64,000 nucleotides of DNA from Squalus acanthias. Its lineage: Eukaryota. The stretch lies in the NCBI GenBank assembly GCA_030390025.1, contig CM059431.1, positions 127,536,001 to 127,600,000 on the forward strand, in the 5' to 3' direction. Below, in pieces: positions 26,800 to 37,969 of this stretch (position 1 is the first letter of the stretch; every line of letters starts with the position of its first letter). The notes under the pieces were generated by a model. The model made no database searches and was not told the origin of the DNA. It worked only from the letters and a program-made list of their open reading frames with translations. Both the position numbers and the translations under genes were made by a program.

Positions 26800-29700
26800 T
26801 CTGTGTCCCTCATTCCCTCCACTCCACCATCTGCAGCCGCTTGCTCAGTCAGTCACCACGCTCCAGACCTCTGTAATTCTCTATCCAGTGCCATCCAATC
26901 CTAGCCTCCCTATTGGCCACCCCCTTCCCAACATTTGGCCCCCGTCACCAACTCCGTTCTCTAGCCATTGCTTCCATATCCCTCCCTTGCCACAGTCTGA
27001 GGGTAAACCAGACTGTTCACAACTTCGCCAGCCTATTTGATCCTGAGCTGAGATTCCGACCCCATACACTCGACCGTATATCTACAAGAGCACAGGAGGC
27101 TTGCGCTCAGAGAGAGTGAGCTTCTGAAAGGCGTGAATTGTAAACAGAGTGAATATTTTAAAGCGGGAATTTAGTGAGAGTCGGTTCGCTGCCGTGTTCA
27201 TGCTATGGACCACCAAATAGTGAGACAGAGATGGAGGAGCAAAACTGCAAATAGATTTCAGAAAAATGTAAAAATATTAGAGTCATGATAATGGTGGACT
27301 TCAATTATCCTAATATAAACTGCGATAAAAACAGTGTGAAGGTCAAGGAGGGGTAGAAATTCCTGATATGTGTACAGGAGAACTTTCTTGATCAACATGA
27401 TTCCAACCCTATGAGGAAGGAAGCAGTACTGGATCTAGTTCTGGGTAATGAAGTTGGGCAAATGGAGCATGTTTCAGTGGGAGAGCATTTGGGATCACAA
27501 CATCATTAGGTTTAGATTTGTTATGGAAAGGGATGAGGAACAATCAAAGGTGAAGATACTCAACTAGAAGGGGGCCAATTTCAGTGAGCTGAAAAGAGAT
27601 CTGGCCCAGGTGGATTGGAAACAAAGATTAGCAGGTAAAACAGTAAATGGAGCAAAGCATTCAGGTACAGACTAGACACATTCCTATGAGGAGTAAAGGA
27701 AGGGCATCCAAAGCTAGAGCTCCCTGGATGAATAACGATATAGAGATTAAAATGAAACAGTAGAAGGAGCTTATGATAAATATCAGATTCATAATACAGT
27801 AGAGAATCAAGCAGAATAAAGAGAGTGCAGAGGAGAACTGAAAAAGGAAATAAGAGGTGCAACGAGAGTTTATTGGAAAAGATTAACAGGGTAACACAAA
27901 AGGAACACTAGTCTTTTATAAACATATAAATAGTAAAAGGGTTTTCAAAGAAAAGGTGGAGCCATTTAGGGACCAAAAAGGAAATACTCTTGTTGAGGCA
28001 GAGGACATGGCTGAGATACTAAATGAATACCTTACATCTGTCTTCACAAAACAAGAGGTTGCTGCCAATGTTACAGTAAAGGAGGAGGTAGTAGAGAAAT
28101 TAGATCGGATATAAATAAAGAGGCACTTAAAAGGCTGGCAACGTTCAAAGTAGAAACGTCACCCGCTGCAGATCGGATGATTCCTAGATTGCTGAGCAAA
28201 GTAAGGGTGACGATTTTGAAGGCTCTGGCCGTAATCTTTCAATCCTCCTTGGATAAGGGAGTGGTGACAGAGGACTGGAGGGTTGCAAATGTTACACCTC
28301 TGTTCAAAAAAGGGGAGAGTGATAAACCTGGCCACTATGGGCCAGTCAGGCTAACGTCAGTGGTGGGGAAACTTTTAGAGAAGTCAGGGACAAACTTAAC
28401 TGTCATTTGGAAAGACATGAGTTGATAAATGACAACCAGTGTGGATTTGTTAAAGGCAAATTCTGTCTGACAGACTTGATTGTGTATTTTGATGAAGTAA
28501 CGGAGAGGGTTAATGAGGGTAGTGCGGTTGATGTTGTGTATATGGACTTTCAAAAACTGTTTGATAAAGTACCATATAATAGACTTGTTAGCAAAATTGA
28601 AGCCCATGGATTAAAGAAGCAGTGGCAGCGTGGATGCAAAATTGGCTATGGGACAGAAGACAGAGAGTAGTCGTGAATGGTTATTTTTCAGACTGGAGGC
28701 AAGTATACAGTGGAGTCCCCGAGGGACCACTCTGAGGACCACTGCTCTTTTTAATATATATTGATGACCTGGACTTGGGTATACAGGGCATAATTTCAAA
28801 GTTTACGGATGATACAAAACTCAGAAATGTAGTAAACAGTGAGGGGATATTAGCAAACTTCAGGAGGACATAGACAGACTGGTGAAATGGGTAGACACAT
28901 GGCAGATGATGCAGTGAAGTGTGAAGTGATGCATTTTGGAAGGAAGAATGAGGAGAGGTAATATAAAGTAAATTGTATAATTTTAAAGGGGATGCAGAAA
29001 CAGAGAGACCTGGGGGTTTACGTACACAAATCTGTGAAGGTGGTAGGACAAGTTGATAAGGCTGTTAAAAAAGCAGATGGGACCTCTGGCTTTATAAATT
29101 GAGGAATAGAGTACAAAGGCAAAGAAGTTATGCTAAGCCTTTACAAATCACTGGTAAGGCCTCAGCTACAGTATTGTGTCCAATTCTGGGCACCACACTT
29201 TAGGAAGAATGTCAAGACCTTGGAGAAGATGCAGAGGGTATTTACTAGAATGGTACCAGGGATGAGGGACTTCAGTTATATGGAGAGATTAGAGAAGCTG
29301 GGATTGTTCCCTTTAGAGTAGAGAAAGTTAAGAGGAGATTTAATAGAGGTGTTTAAAATTTTGAGAGGTTTTCACAGAGTAAATAAGGAGAAACTGTTTC
29401 CACTGGCAGGAAGGTCGGTAACCAGCGGACACAGATTTGAAGTAATTAGAAAAGATCCAGAGAGGAATGCACTGCCTGAAAGGGTGGTGGAAGCAGATTC
29501 AATAGTAACATTCTAAAGGGATTGGATAAATACTGCTGCTGAAACACTCAGCCTGTGCCCTAACTCGCACCAAGCCCTGTTCACCCATCACCACTGTGCA
29601 TCACCTGGTCTTCAATTTTAAAATTCTCATCTTTGTGTTCAAATCCCGCCATAGCCTTGCCCCTCCCTAGTTCTGTATCCTTCTCCAGCCCTAAAACCCT

Positions 29701-29850
29701 CTGAGAATTCTGCGTTTCTACAATTCTGGTCTCTTGTGCATCCCACACTCCCTTTGCCCCACCATTGGTGGCTGTTCCTTCAGCTGTATAGGTTCTAAGC
29801 TCAGGTGTTCCCTCCCTAAACCTCTCCGCCTCTCTCTCCTCTTTGTAAGA
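26800..29850 (+). mobile_element. L2 LINE remnants (about 26800-27070 and 29535-29850) flanking a CR1
   Basis: L2-type RT C-terminal and 3' sequence: LRVNQTVHN...LFDPELRFRPH, and 'tcacccatcaccactgtgc...tttaaaattctcatc'. Confidence 0.65.
27080..29535 (+). mobile_element. CR1 LINE (5' UTR-like piece joined to decayed ORF2)
   Basis: DFNYPNIN, VLDLVLGNE, EDWRVANVTPLFKKG, VDVVYMDFQK.FDKVP, VRPQLQYCVQFWAP. Confidence 0.93.
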
Positions 29851-29924
29851 CATTCAGAAGGAGACTATACCAAAATGGTTTGTAATTTGAGTTTTATTTA
29901 GTTCAAGACAGCACAGTTACCAAG

Positions 29925-30105
29925 TTTTTTAAATTTGTTTATGGGATGTGAGCGTCACTGGCAAGGCCAGCGTTTATTGCCCATCCCTAGTTGCACTTGA
30001 GGAGGTTGTGGTGAGCAGCCTTCTTGAACCGCTGCAGTCCCTGTGGTGAAGGTACTCCCACAGTGCTGTTAGGGAGGGAGTTCCAGGATTTTGACCCAGC
30101 GACGT
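29925..30105 (-). mobile_element. Non-LTR retrotransposon 3' end, same family as 45640-45930
   Basis: Reverse complement matches 45750-45925. Confidence 0.75.
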
Positions 30106-32649
30106 GCTTTGAAATATCCTGAGACTGTTAAGCACACAATTGCAAGTTTGTCCCTTCTTTCTTTATTAGTATAGCAGAGTTAAATGTTTTCATAACACTC
30201 TCTATGTCATTCTCACACCTAAATTTCTCCAACACTTTTTCAAAACTGTTAATCAACATAACATTAACTGCTTTTTCTTGGAATCTATTATTTGTAAAGA
30301 TTTTATTGCCTTGTGGAAAAGTAATTCTTTTGGTCTCTAGGCTCATTTGAGGTTTCCTAATTGTTGTGCTCATGTACTTCAGTTCTGTGAACACGGTCTA
30401 AGTTATTATATCCTCATTTTAAATCCTTACTTTTAATATTGGAATACATATTTTGGAATACATATTCCAAAATATGTTTGTCAGTTTTTTATATTGATGC
30501 ATGATGTCTCCTCATGGATCAATACAGTAGGATTAAGTGTTTTCGTTAGTGATTAAGGATGATAACACAAATACATTCTCATTGTACTGGTTAGATATCA
30601 GTGTTGTACTGAATGACACTAAAAGTTCTTGCTAAATCTATATGTTATTCAGGGATTAATTGGATCCACTGGCATTACAATTTTACTGATTTATTAAATC
30701 CATTTGAATCATTGCTTTTACTGACTAACAGCATTTCACATGAAGTCAGATATTACCTGCACGCTGTTGGGCAAGCATTAAAATTACCACCAGGCAGATT
30801 GTAACCACCACAGGATACTAATCCACCTTTATAATCCATGCCTACACCGCTGACTGGTCACATTCTATAGGTGATTCATCTATGGTCGCAACTGTATATG
30901 AACCATTTTGTTCCATTCAGTGTTTGATTAACTTCACCTATCCTTATCCTTTTAACCTCCACCCTATTGTGAAAAGTGTAATTATCCTGCTCTTTTTGAA
31001 GAGTTAATGAGTGTAGCATTAACTGTTTATTGTCTGGGAATCTATTCCACTACACTATAGAAAAAAAAAATTCTTGTACCCAAACAAACTTAAAATTTCC
31101 TAATTTGTGTCTCATGCTCTCTAATTATGCAGAGTCTAAGATAATTGTGATATCCTTATGTTAAATCCTGAATACTGTCAATATGGACAATATTTATTTT
31201 CGAGTTTTTTTATCTCATACTGGGTCATTCAGTTCAAAAATGAACTTGGCCTAGATAGTGTGTATCCTGTCCACCTTATGATCCAAAATAGTGAAATGGC
31301 CCAGTACTCAGTCACAGTTCTGTTACTCTCTGTGAACAAAACAGCAGATTTGCCTAAAACTTCTGGGCCTTGCTAGCCACAAATAATTTTCATTACAGGG
31401 TAAACCAATAGCCCACTTACACTGGCTCACTCAAAAAGTCTCATGGAACACCGTGGAGAGGCAGTTCAGCCCAATCCTCATTCCCCCATCATGCTTGGAA
31501 ACTGGTTAATCCCTTTTTTGTGAGAATGGACCAGTTTTAAAGTGCAGAGACTGCTGGGAAAGTGCTCAGTCATGTTCCTTGAATCTCTGCGGCAGGACAC
31601 ACATTATGGAGGCTAGGAGGAGGAGGTTAAGATATGTGACAGGGAGGAGAGCAGAGAAAGATATCAGGAAGGAAAACAATGATCTAAGCATCAGCCAAGT
31701 CATGCCAGCAATATAAATCTCTGGGGGAGAAATTCATTACAGCCCAGGAATGGGCGGTAACTTTTGAAAAGTTTGAGAATTAGCGCCAGGCTCTAATGCT
31801 TCAGACTGCATGCTAAATTCAGTTTCATTGCACAAAGAAAGGATTAGAGTGGTAAATCAAGCACTAATGGCCTAGTTCAGTGTTGTTAAACGCAAAGCAC
31901 TTTTTTCCAGTTCTTAAAGGGGAGGTTCATTGATGCTGCAGAACCTCATTCTCATCATTGCTGGCTGTGCAGCCGTCTCAGCCAGCAGCAGCAAGTCAAG
32001 GAGAAGGAGCCAGATGACTCAAGCAGCCATAATGATGGCAGATGCATGCCCCAGGGAGAGAGCCCGCAGATTCTGCGACCATGCATTGGAGGCGTTGGTG
32101 TTCGCAGTGCAAAGACGGAGGGTGGTGCTCTACCCGACAATTGGCAGGAAGCCCTCGCAACAAGTCTTCCACACCATGGGGAAGGAGGTAGCCCAGCATG
32201 TCTCGGGCAGCACTGTGCTCCCCAGGACCCACACACAGTGCAGGAAGCAATTTAAATACCTCACTCGTGTGGTCAGGGTGAGTCAATGCTTCAACAAATG
32301 CTACATACCACCATCTGAACCACAGTCTGCAAACACTGCCCCAAGCACCATACCCCCAACACTCACACACCAACAATCTCTATCTACCAACATTCACACC
32401 CACATCTCACACCTTGCACACAATGAGAGCTGTTCAACTATGGCAGGCACATCACCAAAACACGTTGCTTCACACTCAATCACACACTTTCCTCTCTCTT
32501 GCAGGCCAAGGTGGCTCACAACAGGAGTGAGCAGGAGCCCACAGGTGGGGGACAAGCCGACACCCAACCACTGTCTGAGCTCGAGACTTGAATGCTGTAG
32601 ATTATTGGGGGCCAGGTGGCGGGCTCCGTGGCCACCGTCGATGTTGACC

Positions 32650-33788
32650 TGAAGGGATATTTACTCGTCCTAGCCCCTTTAGAGCTACCCGGATTAGGCG
32701 TATTTCTCAGACGTTCACTTTCAACTAAAGTTTGAGGTAGCCGAATGCTAAAGACGCTTAATTGGGTCTAAAGGTCCGGGCCATCTCTCCCTAAAGGAAA
32801 GAAACAACCCGAGAATGTTACTGTCCTCCAGATAGCGCTTTTAATAAGTTTAGCTAGACTGTAACGTCCCAGATATTATTAGGGTCTGGAAAACTCCCTC
32901 AGAATTCTGTAACTCTTCACCAAAGAGTGTACAGAAATTGAGTTCGTGAGTTATTGATACAGAAGACTTATGCAAGACAATTCTAAAAATATATAGAGAT
33001 TTATTAAAGAACCGACATGCAATTTACAATTGGTGAATCAGTCAATCGCAACATTAACAGTTCTAAAAAGAGAAAAAATACTATCTTTTTAACAGAGAAT
33101 CTTACTTTTAAATCTTAACTTCGCTACAGTATTACAGTTCTTAAAGGTTTCTATACAGGATATCCATCCATATCAAATACCTTTGATCCCCGAGGTACAA
33201 AGACTTGGAGACTACAGAGCCACCTTGAAGCCGAGAATCGCTTTGCCCGATTAAAGCGAGTCTGATATCCCATTTGAAACTTCAATATTTATACCTTTTT
33301 CCAGTGGTATTTCCTTTAAAGTTTCTGCTGATGCAAGTCAATTATCCCTATTCATCTTTCTGCTGACCTCTGCAATTCTTACTGCTACATCAGCCAGAAT
33401 CTTGTCTCATCTCCAGGTGTTTTAGGGTCACCATATAGAATGGTGTGAAAGGCAGGTGTTCCTTATTTTATGTCATCTTTATGAGGGCAGATGTTCCTTA
33501 TCTTATGTGCCATCTTTATGAAGTTTAAATTAGAACACCTTATCCAGTGTGAACCATTGTTTTTGTTCCCAAAGGTCAGCCTGTTGGAGCCATGCACCTT
33601 CTGTTTCAATAAGGTTATTTATTCAGGGTCAACAACTGTCTTATCTCAATAGCCAGAATTCTTTCACAGCTATTTCATAGTTAGGTTTCTAAATTTCCAA
33701 ACCCAGTTTGTCATGTTTTAATAAGGCCAGAATTCTTTCATAAAATAGTGTATTTTTCTGAATAGGTTATATAGCTTATTCCTTCACA
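32650..33788 (-). repeat. 3' LTR of the foamy-like provirus (1139 bp)
   Basis: Starts TGTGAAGG immediately after the purine tract AAGAGGGGTG (33798-33789) and ends CCCTTCA. TATAAA at 33293-33288, AATAAA at 33005-33000, tandem repeats in U3 at about 33453-33523. Confidence 0.88.
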
Positions 33789-34212
33789 CACCCCTCTTGA
33801 CCGAAAAATGAGCTTGAGCATCAAGGGCAGAGTCTGGTCAATGTTTCAAATAAGGTTACAATAGTACATTAATTTCACGAGAGTCACAAGAGCCCAATCA
33901 TGTGCTACATGAAAATTCCTTTAAGTCATCCCAGGACAATGTTTTGCCTTATTTTAAATTGAACAGAAATTAAAAGAATGATAGGTACATTGTCATGCAA
34001 TTAGCAAAACAACATGTAATTAGAATGTCCAATTGGCAGATGTACGTTCTGTAGAGGTGAGTTATTCATACGAGTCAAGGAGACGTCATTTGGAGCTGGC
34101 TGAAGCTTGACACGCTGTTCCATTGATCCAGCGTGAGGACAGATTCTTGTTTTCGTAAAGTCCTTGCCAGAAGCTCAGTTGATTCCTTCTCCATCCGCAG
34201 TGTTTTCCTCCT

Positions 34213-34338
34213 TCATTGAAGTAACTTGTTGGTCTTTACTTGTTCTGGTTGTGGCTTTTTGCGAATCCAATTTCTAAGGCGTTTCCAAGCTGGGTCTTGG
34301 AAGACAGTGTACGACTGCACCTTGTATTGTTCCTCCAT
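34213..34338 (-). pseudogene. Probable N-terminal stub of env, overlapping the pol 3' end
   Basis: The ATG lies in the AAT-GGA (NG) codons shortly after DNLK of integrase, in the +1 frame. Reads MEEQYKVQSYTVFQDPAWKRLRNWIRKKPQ... Confidence 0.45.
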
Positions 34339-36163
34339 TTCGGTATCCCGCAGGACATCTTTTTAGATTGTCTATGGAGACAGTTTTAAAAATGTGCTTG
34401 CCATTCGGCAAATTAATATGTATTTCAACAGTTCTTTCGTTAATAACGGAACGTATTTGAACAGGTTTTTTCCACTTAGGTCTTAAACCAGAATTTTGCT
34501 TGAACTTCTTTTCCTGTACCCATTCTCCTACTAGGGGTTGCCATGCTTTGTTTGTTAATTTTTTCTGCCTATTTGTCTCCCTTATCCTCTGATCAATTTG
34601 ATGTATCTCCTCTGTTACTACTTTTTTTTAAATCTAACTGTCGCTGTTGGGTCAAGGAATCAGAGAGTGTAGAGGCAATAAAAGAACTATGAGTATGCGG
34701 TGTATGCATCTCAACCCCATACATTAGATAATATGAAGTTTTAGGGGACACTGTCCCTGATGCAGATGCGGGCACATTATTAAGTGATAGCTGCAGCTCC
34801 GGAATGACGGTGGTCCACTTATTTCCCCTGATTCTCAACAGTTTGACCAATAGCTTTTTTACTTCCTGGTTTTTACGTTTCACCAGCCCCGCTGATTGCG
34901 GATGACGTGGCGTGCTGTGCTGTAACCCAATCCCCCTTTGTTCGCAGTAGTCTTTGAAGACCTTGGAGACAAAGACTCCGCCTTGATCGGAGTGTAAGAT
35001 TTTGGGTGCACCAGCTACAGTAATTATGTCAGTAATAGCATTGGCGAGTGCGTTTTCCGAAACAGTTTTTGTGGGGACCAGCCAGCAGAAGGAAGTGCAT
35101 CCACCTACACAAACGAGAACATGTCTGTATCCCAAAGATGGGAGAAGTGTTCCAATGAAGTCAATAATTAATTTTCCCATTGGCTTATCAGGTTTCACAG
35201 GAGCCAATGGTGGCCTAATTAGTGATGACTTATTGGTTAAATTGCATGACTCACAATTTGCCACGTATGTTTTACAGGCCTTAAACATGCCTGGCCACTA
35301 ATATAAGGGAGTCAATTTGCAGAATGTTGTTCTGGCACCACAATGTGCTTGACCTATGGCCTCGTGAGCTTCTTTTACAAGCTGTTCTCGTTTGTGTCTC
35401 GGGGGTACCTCTCGGTTTACCTTGGGCAACTTAACTAGCACAATACCAGTAGGGGTTTCCGAGTAAAAGTACTTTGATGGATATCCTGGTGGATTCTCTT
35501 TTGTTGGGTCTAATAGCTGAATCAGTTCCTCATCCTGATTAGCTTCCCATTCTGCACCAGTGATAACACTAATATTAGCAGGCCCCTCCCGAGGGGGTAT
35601 CATGCAGACCAAACGTTTCACTTGTTCGTCTGCAAGACTGTTGCCTTTTGAGTGTACTGACCCAGTGGTATTCCCATTTACATGAATCACCGGACAATTC
35701 TGTTTCTCCATCCTCGAACGGAGAACGTCTTCCCACAATGACTTATGTTTTATGGGTTTACCCTTATGATTGGTAAGTTTGTATGTTCGCAGAAAACTAG
35801 ATCATGGTTATATCCTCTTTTACAACAGTCACTATCTGTATAGATTAGTGTGGGTTTAACAGGGTCTGTCTTTTCTAAAGCATATCGTAGTGCTGCGGCT
35901 TCAGCATATTGCGCTGTCTTATGACTAAGGGGTATGGACAGTAATTCTTCTGGATAAAAAGAATAGGAATCTCAAAGTCCCTACTACTAACCCCATCCCA
36001 GCTGACGATTGTTGGGATGTTCCTTTTTTAATCGTCATTGACGATCCATCACAGTAAATGTCTTGATGGTAGCAATCGTTTGAATTTCCTAATAAAAATA
36101 CTTGGCCATTTCCGACAGGGTTTGCCATTTTGTCAGGATAAAAGTGGGTAGGGTAGAAGGTAA
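34274..36163 (-). pseudogene. pol: Foamy-like pol remnant: RNase H and integrase
   Basis: RNase H: IYCDGSS, TAQYAE, IYTDSD, KPIKHKSLW, VHSKGNSLAD. Integrase: GYPSKY, AH...AHCG...CESC, IDFIG, HSDQG, HSTPRHPQSAGLVKRKN, WQPLVGEWVQE, LRPKWKKP, TVSIDNLK. Stops and frameshifts present; catalytic E replaced by K. Confidence 0.93.
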
Positions 36164-37969
36164 TGTATTTTTCTGAATAGGTTATGTGGCTTATTCCTTC
36201 ACAGACCCCCCTTGGGGACAACAACAGTATGTTTATCCCTACTCCTTCTTCTCACATCCCACTTTCCCCTCAGCCCACAAGCCTTTCGCACTTCCCAGCT
36301 AATCATGCTCTATGCATGCATTTCTCCCTTCCTGCCCCCTCCCCTCACCTTAACCCAAATCTTGTGCCTTTATGCTTTCAGATAATGAGCAAGCACCTGA
36401 GCAGCCTGTCCCTGATGGTACCGTAGAGAGCGAGGCGGGAGTAGAGAAGGAGGAAGAACACACCACGTCACTGCATCTCTCACCCACAGGCACCAGCTCA
36501 GATACTGGCACAACGCGTTCTTTAGAGGCTAGTATAGTAGCGGGATCTGCACAGGGTGATGCACCGTGGGCAAACAGGCTGCAGCAAGGCCAGGGGGAAA
36601 GGATAGCTCGGGACTCAGATGAGGACTTCGATGGGGTGGCCTGAAGAAAAAGGGTGATGGGCATGCAGACAGTGATGATAGGTGCAATGGCAAGGGTGCC
36701 TGAGAGCCTCTCGGCATTGTTAAGGAGCATGGAGGAGTCCGCCTCCAACATTGCACAGAGCTTTGCGCACACCATGGAGCCCATCATTTCCAGTCTGCAA
36801 AGGATGGTAGACTCCCAGAGAGACCGTGGTGACCCAGACCTGATGTTGCATGTGATGAGGGATCTGGCAGCTTCTATTGCAGCACAGGCAGAGGTGATGC
36901 AATGTCTTAGTGCTATAATGCAGTCTATGCTTGGTGGCATTCAATCTCAGACTGCTCTCATGCAGTCTCAGCTTAATGCAATGCAAGCTCTGACTGCTGT
37001 CATCGTGGCTGGGTCTACCACCGTCGACCAGGGCTTTCACGCTGTCACAGCAACAGATTGCTAGGGATGCTGAGGTGCTGCCCCGGGGGACTGTCAGTGG
37101 GTCAGTGGAGCAGGAATCTTCTGTCCTCTCTCAGGATGACAGCATTCCTGATCCCACCACTGCCACTCTGCCATTGCCCTTGTCGCTGCCTGTCATCCAG
37201 CCAGTTCAGACTGCTGCCGCCCATGCTGAGGTGGTGCAGTCTACAGCCGGGCCTTCCAGGCCCAGAGCTGGTCGAGGGCATCCTGCAAGGCCATCTGAAG
37301 TCTCCCGCACGGACACGCAGCAGCCTTCCACCAGCCCTGCTGCAGCCACTGGGCATACACTTCGTAGGAGCCCTAGAGTAGGCAAAGGCACTGTACGACA
37401 GGCACTAAGGGATTCCACTACTTCACACTATTATCCAAGGGAAGAACATAAAAATACAAAACAACAACTGGGAGAGGGATCTTGGGATCTGGTAGTATTA
37501 GGGAGGATGGTCTTAGGCACTTGGAGCATTTGGGTGGTTCTGGAATCAGGGAGCACTGGAAATATGATCTAGGGGTTTGTGTGCACTGAGAAGGGATTCC
37601 AGGAACTGGGAATGGGGGAAAGATTTGGAGAGTGGTATGGCAGCACTGGGGAGGCTTTTTGGAGTATTGGGGGGTTGAGTCTAGCAGTATAGGGGGTTGC
37701 TGGGATCTGATAATATTGGGGGCAGCAGTGTCTCATTTTCTTGTTGGGGGAGTGGGCACGGGAGTATAGGACCTGAAGTGTCCTTAGCTCTTTTTAAAGT
37801 ATCAGATCCCAAACCATACCATATCATATTCCTATCAATCAGCCTAATTGACAGTGCTCTTATACTCATAAATACCCACTTCACTGCTTTTCCTATTGTC
37901 ATTAGGTTTCCGTCTTTACATTCCTGCCTTAAAGAATTTCAGAATACATTTTCTGCTTGTTAAAATTAA

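Larger units (their letters stand above)
32650..36203 (-). mobile_element. Endogenous foamy-like retrovirus (Spumaretrovirinae-related), internally deleted provirus
   Basis: 4-bp TSD GACC at 32646-32649 and 36204-36207. TG...CA termini. 5' LTR stub 36164-36203 matches the 3' LTR start at 38/40 positions. Foamy-type RNase H and integrase. Confidence 0.9.
31723..37410 (+). mobile_element. Harbinger element with Myb/SANT gene, interrupted in exon 2 by the foamy-like provirus
   Basis: Left TIR GGGGGAGAAATT. Exon 1 reads RARRFCDHALEALVFAVQRRRVVLYP...RTHTQCRKQFKYLTRVVR, then GTGAGT. Exon 2 reads VATVDVD|PLGDNN across the insertion. Exon 3 (about 36380-37410) is coiled-coil. Confidence 0.88.

Noticed and set aside
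30128..30394. 88-aa ORF as a host gene
   Set aside because: It resembles a decayed CR1 ORF2 C-terminus (INSFEKVLEKF).
30755..30866. Possible minus-strand host exon (AG...GTAATA; MDYKGGLVSCGGYNLPGG...)
   Set aside because: All frames from the acceptor contain stops and the peptide is not recognisable. It cannot be supported without RNA-seq.
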